This document shows, piece after piece, positions 36,150-43,452 of a stretch of 64,000 nucleotides of DNA. This stretch comes from Dehalococcoidia bacterium. Lineage in GTDB: Bacteria > Chloroflexota > Dehalococcoidia > GIF9 > AB-539-J10. The notes under the pieces are model-generated. The model made no database searches, was not told where the DNA came from, and saw only the letters and a program-made list of their open reading frames with translations. Position 1 is the stretch's first letter, and each line of letters starts with the position of its first letter. The position numbers and the translations under genes were made by a program. The DNA is taken from contig JAUWQI010000004.1 in NCBI GenBank assembly GCA_030611085.1, positions 1,731-65,730 of the forward strand, in the 5' to 3' direction.

Positions 36150-36207
36150 GTTGGTATATGCCTATCGTTGTTGGAACAGCCTCGCTATATAGATATTGTC
36201 CTCTTTC

Positions 36208-36432
36208 TTACTCCAGTAGCTTGCGGAACTTCTCACGAGTAAGGGAGGCTTCTCTCAATATTTCTCGCAGTGTTCCCACCTTTATCTCTCGATGTCTGGG
36301 AATGGCCACAGTGTGGTTGGTCTTTGGGTGATAGTAAACCATATGGCTTCCTCTTTGCCTATCGAACACGAATCCTGCACGCTTCAGAGCTGCGGTCACC
36401 TGCTGCCAGGTAAGGCTGGGCAGTCGGCTCAC
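36208..36432 (-). CDS. hicA: HicA-family mRNA interferase toxin
   Basis: 74 aa. LKRAGFVFDRQRGSHMVYYHP...IPRHREIKVGTLREILR. Confidence 0.8.
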   Translation of the reverse strand: MSRLPSLTWQQVTAALKRAGFVFDRQRGSHMVYYHPKTNHTVAIPRHREIKVGTLREILREASLTREKFRKLLE

Positions 36433-36632
36433 ACGACTACCTCACGCTCCTTAATCTGTGGTAATGATAACCCTCGCTCCTTGAGACTCTCTAGATAAAC
36501 CTCTATGGCCTCTCTGATATTAGCCATAGACTCCTCAATGGTTTCCCCTTGGGAGATACAGCCAGGTAAGGAAGGCACATACACAGTATAGCCACCTTCT
36601 TGCTGAGGCTCCACGATTACCCTACATTTCAT
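36429..36632 (-). CDS. hicB: HicB-family antitoxin (short form)
   Basis: MKCRVIVEPQQEGGYTVYVPSLPGCISQGETIEESMANIREAIEVYLE. RBS aaaggagg. 4-nt overlap with hicA. Confidence 0.8.
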   Translation of the reverse strand: MKCRVIVEPQQEGGYTVYVPSLPGCISQGETIEESMANIREAIEVYLESLKERGLSLPQIKEREVVV

Positions 36633-36766
36633 TTTGCCTCCTTTGTTATCAAAAGTATCTCTTATGCCCCATGCTTGGGTTAATTCTAGTATGACCCAGG
36701 CTCGAAAGCAATGCTTCACAGTGTTCATATTATCATTTACATGAGCGGCAGCATCTAGCACAAATG

Positions 36767-37198
36767 CTATTTCCTTTTAGAGACTTCCAGCGACTCTGAT
36801 TGGGCGGTAGCTTCTAATTTATGGTCGGAAGAAGAAAAAGTTATCGTTGAGCCAAGCCTTGTCTTGAGAGTCAATGCTGAGGCAAGGTGGATGGCGTCGA
36901 ACCCCCTGAGGCTGTGTCGTTCAGCAAGCGCGCCAGCAAGCTTCGATACTGGCCATTAGACATCTATGGCAAAGTAGGCACCCCAGTGCTGCTGCAGATT
37001 AGTTATCACGGTGTGATACTGCTCATCGGTAAAATCGCCTTGTCGGTGTTTCCTGGCAAAAGCGGCACAAGCTTCGGCGTATGCCACCTGCGAGGTAGCG
37101 ACAACTCTAGCTCCGTCGAACAAAGCCTTCACTTCGTCGGAGCCATCTTCTCTAACATACAGCTTCACTAAAGAGCTCGTATCTAAATAAAGAATCAT
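36767..37198 (-). pseudogene. vapC: VapC (PIN) toxin interrupted by an in-frame TAA
   Basis: MILYLDTSSLVKLYV...YFAIDV-TAA(36956-36958)-WPVSKLAGALAERHSLRGFDAIHLASAL... all reads in one frame. Confidence 0.7.
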
Positions 37199-37461
37199 CG
37201 CCTGTCTTCAATAACAATCTCGGAAACAGGTTTACCACTAGCTGCTATGGGTTCTGGTGCGATTGGTTTGCCACCTTCCCAAATTGCCAGTCCTTCTTTG
37301 ACCATCTCCGTCAATCGGCTGTAATTGTCAGACTCTTCCACAGGAACAATAAGCGCCACATCGCGGCCGCGATTGGTAACTACAACCTGTTCTCCACTTC
37401 TGACAAGAGAGATATAGTATTTGAGATTATTCTTTAGTTTTCTAATGCCTGCTTTGGCCAT
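37195..37461 (-). CDS. Phd/YefM-family antitoxin
   Basis: 88 aa. KLKNNLKYYISLVRSGEQVVVTNRGRDVALIVP. 4-nt overlap with vapC. Confidence 0.75.
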   Translation of the reverse strand: MAKAGIRKLKNNLKYYISLVRSGEQVVVTNRGRDVALIVPVEESDNYSRLTEMVKEGLAIWEGGKPIAPEPIAASGKPVSEIVIEDRR

Positions 37462-37632
37462 ACCATCACCCCTTTTGTGGCAACATTATAAAGATTTTGT
37501 ATCCACAATGTCAATCTTTAATCGCCCAGTGCAGCCACTCCTATCTGGGAAAGGTGGCATTTTACTTGGTAGTAGGCAAGATAACGAGGCTGTGACAGGT
37601 CATGCTGCTTTGAAAGAGTATGTCGCCATATT

Positions 37633-39009
37633 CTACACTCGTTTGCCACGGCTGTTCACGAATTTGACGAAATCATCTAGTTTTTTCATAGTACAGACGA
37701 TTTTATCCACCAACCCTTCTCCATTAGTATTCCGGACTTCATCAGGTTCGAAACGTCTTGTTATGCCGAAGGTAATATCATCATAGTCAGCGCCATCTCC
37801 CTCAATCGCTTCCCCTATTTCACCGATGTACTTGACCAGGTCTTGCCTTTTCTTGAACTCGCTTAATTTTACTTCCCACTTATCTTCTGGGAGAAAAGAT
37901 TTGTGATTCTCCTCACTTTGATAGTAGTACAAATCAATGAAGAACCCCTTGGGCATTTTAAACAATATACGGGATATCTCGTCTTTATCTGTCTTTATCT
38001 TTCTAAGCAGCTTCTTCCTCAGGGCATCATTTGTGACACGAACCCAAACGGAAAGGCCTTCGCTACCTAATTGAATACACCGGTGCGCCTTGACTTCTTT
38101 AACTTTCTTATCAGAAGTTCCTTTATTGTAAACAGGGAGGAAATAAAAAGTCGCCCAATCATACTTGTTTTTACCTTTTCGAATTCCTTCCGGGGGGCCG
38201 CACTTAAGATAACATTTCTTAGTCCTCTCAGATATATCCTCGGATAGAGCCAGCATCTTCCGTTTCAGTTCTTTCCTTATTTCTTCTTTTTCCTTCGCAT
38301 CTAGCTCTTTTTGCTTCTGCTCGTTAAAAAAATCAAAGTACTTGTTATCATTAAAGCCAGTGAATCCAGCCAGCCCTTCCAAATATAGAAAGTCGCAGAA
38401 TTGCGTTATTAAGAATTCGTTTTTTACATTGAGCAATCGCTTGTTTTCAGGTTCATCCTTTAATTCGCTAAAGAAGGTATATAACTGCTTCCATGAAATG
38501 ACAGCAGGCTTGTGCAGATCTCCCAGTATCCCTTTGTGATTCTTAATCTGATTTTTGTCTAGTCCATCATAGCGCTTACTTTCAATAAGAATTGTCCACT
38601 TTTTCCCAAGCAACCACGCATCAGGGATGCTTGCCTCAGTTTCAGGCCTTGTGTTTTCCGCGTAGATTTGTTCAGTAAAACCGTGGGGGACTATACCCAA
38701 TATTCGCTTAGCTGTCTCTCGGCCAAGATACTTGTCACCGGGATTCCCTTGCTGAAGTAGGAACTTATCCACTTTTGGGGGCACAAGCTTGACTCCTATT
38801 TTCCCGCTCAGCCAGCTAATAAACCGTTTACATATCTCACCATTACCATCGGTAAGTTCTAAGACATTAATAAGAGCCTTGGTTACATTGTTCTCAAGTG
38901 CTTTTGTTTCTTCAGTATCACCGTTCTCCGTATCACCGCCTTTTGTCGGTCCTCTATAATATTCAAATATGTTGTGACCCTTTATGTTGTGACCCTTTTC
39001 ATAATCCAT
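37633..39009 (-). CDS. 458-aa protein with N-terminal PD-(D/E)xK nuclease-like motif, otherwise unknown
   Basis: ..EASIPDAWLLGKKWTILIESKRYD.. (D..ExK). RBS aaaggaggg. It lies downstream of the WYL regulator on the same strand. Confidence 0.55.
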   Translation of the reverse strand: MDYEKGHNIKGHNIFEYYRGPTKGGDTENGDTEETKALENNVTKALINVLELTDGNGEICKRFISWLSGKIGVKLVPPKVDKFLLQQGNPGDKYLGRETAKRILGIVPHGFTEQIYAENTRPETEASIPDAWLLGKKWTILIESKRYDGLDKNQIKNHKGILGDLHKPAVISWKQLYTFFSELKDEPENKRLLNVKNEFLITQFCDFLYLEGLAGFTGFNDNKYFDFFNEQKQKELDAKEKEEIRKELKRKMLALSEDISERTKKCYLKCGPPEGIRKGKNKYDWATFYFLPVYNKGTSDKKVKEVKAHRCIQLGSEGLSVWVRVTNDALRKKLLRKIKTDKDEISRILFKMPKGFFIDLYYYQSEENHKSFLPEDKWEVKLSEFKKRQDLVKYIGEIGEAIEGDGADYDDITFGITRRFEPDEVRNTNGEGLVDKIVCTMKKLDDFVKFVNSRGKRV

Positions 39010-39046
39010 TCTATTCCCTCCTTTGTTTTTAGAATTACATACCTTT

Positions 39047-39078
39047 GTGACATCTAGATTGTCACAAATTGCTATTTT
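39047..39078. promoter_or_regulatory. inverted-repeat operator-like motif GTGACA-N7-TGTCAC plus conserved tail
   Basis: gtgacatctagattgtcacaaattgctatttt lies between the WYL gene stop and the 458-aa gene start. Confidence 0.55.
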
Positions 39079-40059
39079 TTCTTATAGACATCCAGCATAG
39101 CTTTAGCCGTCTCGATAATATCCTGGCGCAGTTCCTCTGGCTCCAGCACCTCCACCTTCTCTCCCCAGCTCAATATCCAGAAACAGAGTTCGTCTGTAAC
39201 GGTCACCCGCAGTGTCATTATTACCGAGCCATCCTTTTGCCTCTCCACCACCTGTGAGGAATGCCATACTGTCTCCTCCATTATCCTGGCTATTTCAGGG
39301 TCAAACTTCAGCTTAACCGTCTTGGCCTCACCATAAACAGTGATGCCCCAGGAAGAACCCAAAAATTCATTAGCATCAAAACCATGTGGCATAACATAAT
39401 GCTCAAGGGTTGGTTCTATGCTTTCTATGCGCTCTATCTTGAAGGTGCGTATTTCATGGGCACGATGGCAATAGGCAATAACATAGCTTGAGTGCCCTGC
39501 CGCCGCTGGCTCAATAAAATATGGCTCTATTGTGCGTTCAGTTGTCTTCTCTGCCTCCAGTGCCCTATAGATTATTTTAACTCGTTGCTGGGATATCCAC
39601 GCCTCAGCTAGAGTCGCCAGGGTGCGCAAATACCTGTCGTCCTTTGGTTGTTTCTGCATCCACTCCATGGTCTTTTGAATTTGCTCTCTCAACGGAGGTG
39701 AGACTATGGAATTCAACTTCATGAAGGTAGAGGCTACATTGGGGTCATAGCGATGGGTGTAGCTGAGCATCAGCCGGGCAGCGAGAAAAACATTCAAGGC
39801 TTCAGGCAGGGTAAAGTGGATGGGGGGGGAGAAGATAACCTTCTGTGATACCGCGCTTAGTGCTCTCTTCCCAGATGGGCACGCCCAGCTCAGTTTCCAG
39901 GGCAGCCAGGTCACGATATGTAGTTCTTTTGCTGACTTCACACCGGCTAGAGATATCTTCTATCTTCAAACCCCTGGGATTCTGGTAGAGCAGGTGCTCT
40001 ACTTTCAGCAAGCGCGCCGTTCGGTCTGTTTTCCGTCTTTCAGCTTCACTCAATTTCAC
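39072..40059 (-). pseudogene. HTH-WYL-WCX transcriptional regulator split by a frameshift at a C8 tract
   Basis: The HTH ORF (39802-40059) and the WYL ORF (39072-39941) overlap. Removing one C from the C8 run (39822-39829) gives a continuous ..EGYLLPPIHFTLPEALNVFLAARL.. (~328 aa). Confidence 0.75.
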
Positions 40060-40147
40060 TGTCTCTCATTAGCCCAAAGTTGCCTGATTTTCATTATAAC
40101 ACCTGCCATAAGAATATTCGTAAAAAGCTAAAACTCCAGCCAAATTT

Positions 40148-40166
40148 GTGACAGACCGTCGTCACA
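40148..40166. promoter_or_regulatory. related imperfect inverted repeat GTGACA-N7-GTCACA in WYL/AAA+ divergent promoter
   Basis: tttgtgacagaccgtcgtcacatg. It shares the tttGTGACA half-site with 39047, but the spacing differs by 1 nt. Confidence 0.3.
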
Positions 40167-40225
40167 TGCCCATGCTATTCTGATTCTTAGCTGCAAATTA
40201 AAGAGATGGGGAGGGTGAATAAAAG

Positions 40226-41602
40226 ATGACCGCGGAAGAACGTTTTCTGGAGGCTATCGACGAGGAAGATAACGAGGAGCTTGAAGCGCCTGCTCCGTAT
40301 GACCGGTTTGCCAGGAGGCATGAAAAGCTCCAATACAAGAACAAGTCTGCTAGCGAGAATTTCTTGGGCAAAGGCAGCCGAGCAAATGCAGTAGCCATAC
40401 TGCCCAGATACTACGGTGAACTGCTGACCTGGGCACTCGATCGCTACATTGAGAAAGAGGGGTGGAAGGTTATTCGAATCCTCGGCTACCGTGGCCGTGA
40501 ACCCATATATATAGATGTGAGCACGGACTGCGATAAGTGTGAGGACCTTTTGATGAATGGCCAATTATTATTAGAGAAGGGTGATAGCCATTTCATAGTT
40601 ACCGTGGACATAAACCTGCAGTGGAGAAATTCAGTCCAGGTAGAAGGTTCTGCCAAAAGGAGAAAGGAAATAGAGAAATTCGCCGACGGCGTCAAGGCTA
40701 TCGCCAAAGAGCAGAACTTCTACCGGGGTAAGAAAATTGAGTTCGGAGGGCGTATTCACTTTCTGAATATCAAAGACAGGTCGTGGGACAGCATTATACT
40801 GGCTCCTGCCATAAAGCGAGAAATCGAGGCTAATACCATTGATTTCTTGAACAGGAGGAAACACTGGGCAGAATATGGGATACCCCAGAAAAGAGGCGTT
40901 CTGCTCGCAGGTGAGCCGGGGACAGGGAAAACAGTAATCTGCAAGGCGCTGATGGCAAATGCCAATGGAGTAACCTGCATCACGACCAATGCCTATGGGT
41001 TGAGCGCTGATGAGTACATCACCGAGCTTTATGAGATGGCTCAAGACCTCAGTCCATGTATCGTTTTCATCGAGGATATAGACCTAATAGGGCTAAACCG
41101 GGAGGAGTATCTCTACCAGCATGGCCCTGCGTTGCTCTCGTTGCTCAACGTACTCGATGGGGTTGAAGAGAAGCAGGAAATCGTAACCGTGGCTACCACC
41201 AATAACCTGCAGACGCTGGATAGGGCCATAAGCCAGCGCCCATCGCGCTTTGACCGCGTCGTAAAGCTCTCTCTCCCACTACTGGAAGAACGGAAAGAAC
41301 TAATCAGCTCATTGTGTCAGAAAATACCCGTAGATGAACCCACCCAGGATTATATTGCCCGTAGGTCAGAACACTGCACCCCAGCTCAGCTACAGGAGGT
41401 TATCTACAGCCTGGTCATAGAGCACTCTGATGAACTATCCGCTGCTCAGTCGCCAAATCTTGAATTTGGCAAAGATGATATTGACCGAGTCATCTCAAGG
41501 ATAAATGGCAGGAATGGGCAGCACATAGGTTTCAATATCTCTGGTAATCACAATGGTGACAAGATGGCCTGTGTGGAAGCTTTGGAGCAAAGCAAGTGTT
41601 GA
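40226..41602 (+). CDS. AAA+ ATPase (classic AAA clade) with ~220-aa uncharacterised N-terminal domain
   Basis: GVLLAGEPGTGKTV (Walker A), CIVFIEDIDLI (Walker B) and ATTNNLQTLDRAISQRPSRFDR (SRH). Confidence 0.8.
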   Translation: MTAEERFLEAIDEEDNEELEAPAPYDRFARRHEKLQYKNKSASENFLGKGSRANAVAILPRYYGELLTWALDRYIEKEGWKVIRILGYRGREPIYIDVSTDCDKCEDLLMNGQLLLEKGDSHFIVTVDINLQWRNSVQVEGSAKRRKEIEKFADGVKAIAKEQNFYRGKKIEFGGRIHFLNIKDRSWDSIILAPAIKREIEANTIDFLNRRKHWAEYGIPQKRGVLLAGEPGTGKTVICKALMANANGVTCITTNAYGLSADEYITELYEMAQDLSPCIVFIEDIDLIGLNREEYLYQHGPALLSLLNVLDGVEEKQEIVTVATTNNLQTLDRAISQRPSRFDRVVKLSLPLLEERKELISSLCQKIPVDEPTQDYIARRSEHCTPAQLQEVIYSLVIEHSDELSAAQSPNLEFGKDDIDRVISRINGRNGQHIGFNISGNHNGDKMACVEALEQSKC

Positions 41603-41781
41603 GCAGACTGCTAAGAGTGTTTTTGATTCCACCATTGTTAATTGCTGTGACTGCCTTGGTCATCGTTGGGCTCAAAGATTTTAACTTACTGAGCGTAATA
41701 ATTCCCAAACTCATAGTGGCAATTGTTATTATTGGGATTCCGATACTTATCGTGAAGAGAGTGTTTTTCCCTAAATACTAA
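41596..41781 (+). CDS. small 2-TM membrane protein (61 aa)
   Basis: The GTG start overlaps the AAA+ stop (gtgttga). The sequence is strongly hydrophobic. Confidence 0.4.
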   Translation: MLSRLLRVFLIPPLLIAVTALVIVGLKDFNLLSVIIPKLIVAIVIIGIPILIVKRVFFPKY

Positions 41782-41802
41782 GAAGAAAGGAGAGTGAGAA
41801 GG

Positions 41803-41949
41803 ATGAAACATCCGGTAAGGTGTCCAAAATGCGGAGGGACCGGCCAGGTACCTAGAAAAGGCTTGCCGCCTATGCTGAAAGGGGCAATCGGGATTCGTCA
41901 GCACGACGAATGTCCTGTTTGCAACGGCGTAGGTTACGTCGAAGACTAG
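41803..41949 (+). CDS. 48-aa mini-protein with two DnaJ-type CxxCxGxG zinc-finger motifs
   Basis: Own translation: MKHPVRCPKCGGTGQVPRKGLPPMLKGAIGIRQHDECPVCNGVGYVED. RBS aaaggagag lies upstream. Confidence 0.5.
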   Translation: MKHPVRCPKCGGTGQVPRKGLPPMLKGAIGIRQHDECPVCNGVGYVED

Positions 41950-42102
41950 AGAATGTGAACCGAAACCCTGACATTGGATACTCTAGGTTAGAGCAGCCGA
42001 CGTGGCTCGGCAGACACACTGGGAAGTGGCACCATGTGAAAAATATTGCGTGGTGCCACCCCTATGAACTTGCGGGTTCTATATATGAAGGGAAGAGGGA
42101 TA

Positions 42103-42210
42103 GAATTTTATATCCCCAAGGTGGGAAAAGATTTCTATATGCCTAGGGTGGGTAAAGACTTCTATGTGCCTAAGGTAAGCAAGGATTTCTATGCTCCTAA
42201 AATTAGAAAG
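42103..42210 (+). repeat. four tandem 27-bp repeats (encode [D/E]FYxP[K/R][V/I]xK in one frame)
   Basis: gaattttatatccccaaggtgggaaaa / gatttctatatgcctagggtgggtaaa / gacttctatgtgcctaaggtaagcaag / gatttctatgctcctaaaattagaaag. Confidence 0.8.
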
Positions 42211-42264
42211 GGGGGACTCTTCTAATTTTAGGATGAAAATATTTTGGCTTCATCATCTTCCCCT

Positions 42265-42297
42265 GTCATTGCGAGGAGCATAGCGACGAAGCAAACC
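42265..42297. repeat. Family-B single unit
   Basis: gtcattgcgaggagcatagcgacgaagcaaaccc. Confidence 0.7.
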
Positions 42298-42328
42298 CTA
42301 ACATAGGGTTGCCATATCTTCATATCTC

Positions 42329-42349
42329 GGTCGGGGACAAGCCCCGACC
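42329..42349. repeat. GC-rich hairpin ggtcggggacaagccccgacc
   Basis: Perfect 8-bp stem with a 5-nt loop. Confidence 0.6.
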
Positions 42350-42364
42350 CTACGACATATAACC

Positions 42365-42388
42365 GTAGTGGCGGGGTTCATCCCCGCC
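42365..42388. repeat. hairpin repeat gtagtGGCGGGGttcatCCCCGCC, copy 1
   Basis: It matches 42796-42819 at 23 of 24 positions. Confidence 0.75.
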
Positions 42389-42731
42389 TTATACTCGCCA
42401 AGAAGAATTGCCTGATATGTTACCCATCTATCTGAACTAAATCACTGGCAGCACAATGATAAGCATTTTCATTCCGCAGGAGCTCCGGGGTTTAATCTAA
42501 CCACATTGATAATCAGTAAGTCGCCCTTGTAATAGTGGGGTAAATCATCAAAATATTTGGTATCGGTAATTCAGGAGAAGGCATATAGCGGGGTTCGGAA
42601 GATAAAGCCATAGGTTTCTACGGGATGATTATGCCTGATTGGTGTCTCAGTTGATATCACCGCTGTGGTCTAAATGCTTATAGTAAATTATAACAACAAA
42701 ATCTGTTAGAATATTCGCAGATTGCTTGATT

Positions 42732-42790
42732 GTCACCCTGAACGGAAGTGAAGAGGAGATTCTTCGGTCGATTCGCTCCCTCAGAATGAC
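42732..42790. repeat. Family-B palindromic element
   Basis: gtcaccctgaacggaagtgaagaggagattcttcggtcgattcgctccctcagaatgac. Confidence 0.8.
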
Positions 42791-42795
42791 AAATG

Positions 42796-42819
42796 GTAGT
42801 GGCGGGGTTTATCCCCGCC
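42796..42819. repeat. hairpin repeat gtagtGGCGGGGtttatCCCCGCC, copy 2
   Basis: See 42365-42388. Confidence 0.75.
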
Positions 42820-42847
42820 TGATCCCTACAAGCAATATTGAAGGCAC

Positions 42848-43351
42848 ATGGCGGAACTGGAAATAGAAATTGCTAAATTGATAGGGGAATGCCATGTCAA
42901 AACAGGCAAGCTATTGACCATCGGTACTATTGAGTCGGCTACTGGCGGCAGGATAGCTGATAAAATAACCAATGTTTCTGGCAGTTCCGATTATTTTAAG
43001 GGCTCTGTGGTAGCATATAGTAACGAGGCAAAAACTAATGTCGTTGGGGTAAAAAAGGGGACTATAGAAAATTATGGAGCTGTTAGCTCACAAACAGCTA
43101 TGGAAATGGCTCAAGGTGGCAGAGAACTCCTGGATGTGGATATATGCATTTCCGATACTGGCATTGCGGGTCCTTCAGGTGGCAGTCCTGAAAAGCCTGT
43201 AGGACTGTTTTATATTGGCTTAGCTAGTGAGAACGAGTGTCTGAGTCAAAAACATGTCTTTTCTGGTAATCGGGAGGAAAACAAGCGGGATGCTGCTGGG
43301 ACAGCGCTAGTTATGTTGAAGCAACATTTGCTACACTGCATTAGCAAGTGA
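42848..43351 (+). CDS. pncC: CinA C-terminal domain / nicotinamide-nucleotide amidohydrolase PncC
   Basis: TIESATGGRIADKITNVSGSSDYFKGSVVAYSNEAKTNVVGV and TGIAGPSGG. Confidence 0.8.
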   Translation: MAELEIEIAKLIGECHVKTGKLLTIGTIESATGGRIADKITNVSGSSDYFKGSVVAYSNEAKTNVVGVKKGTIENYGAVSSQTAMEMAQGGRELLDVDICISDTGIAGPSGGSPEKPVGLFYIGLASENECLSQKHVFSGNREENKRDAAGTALVMLKQHLLHCISK

Positions 43352-43365
43352 GGGTGTTTAAAAAT

Positions 43366-43416
43366 GTAGTTGCCCAATTTATTGGGCAATAAGAGCCTGA
43401 TAAATCAGGCAACTAC
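43366..43416. repeat. Family-A structured repeat
   Basis: gtagttgcccaatttattgggcaataagagcctgataaatcaggcaactac, just 3' of pncC. Confidence 0.85.
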
Positions 43417-43452
43417 AAATTAATCCTCTCTCATCAAGGGAGAGGAACTTTA

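Noticed and set aside
36956-36958. The in-frame TAA in vapC as evidence for stop-codon recoding linked to SepRS/SepCysS.
   Set aside because: This is a single case in a decaying toxin gene. TAA is used as an ordinary terminator by many genes in the window, and no suppressor tRNA was seen.
41910-42146. The 78-aa track ORF MSCLQRRRLRRRLENV...
   Set aside because: It overlaps the better-supported zinc-finger mini-ORF (41803-41949) in another frame. It is Arg-rich and low-complexity, and it has no RBS.
42230-42850. A direct repeat of the 5S rRNA 3' end as an att site at the right island boundary.
   Set aside because: Only a 7-nt match (gttgcca, about 42309) was found, which is compatible with chance. 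No integrase is present.
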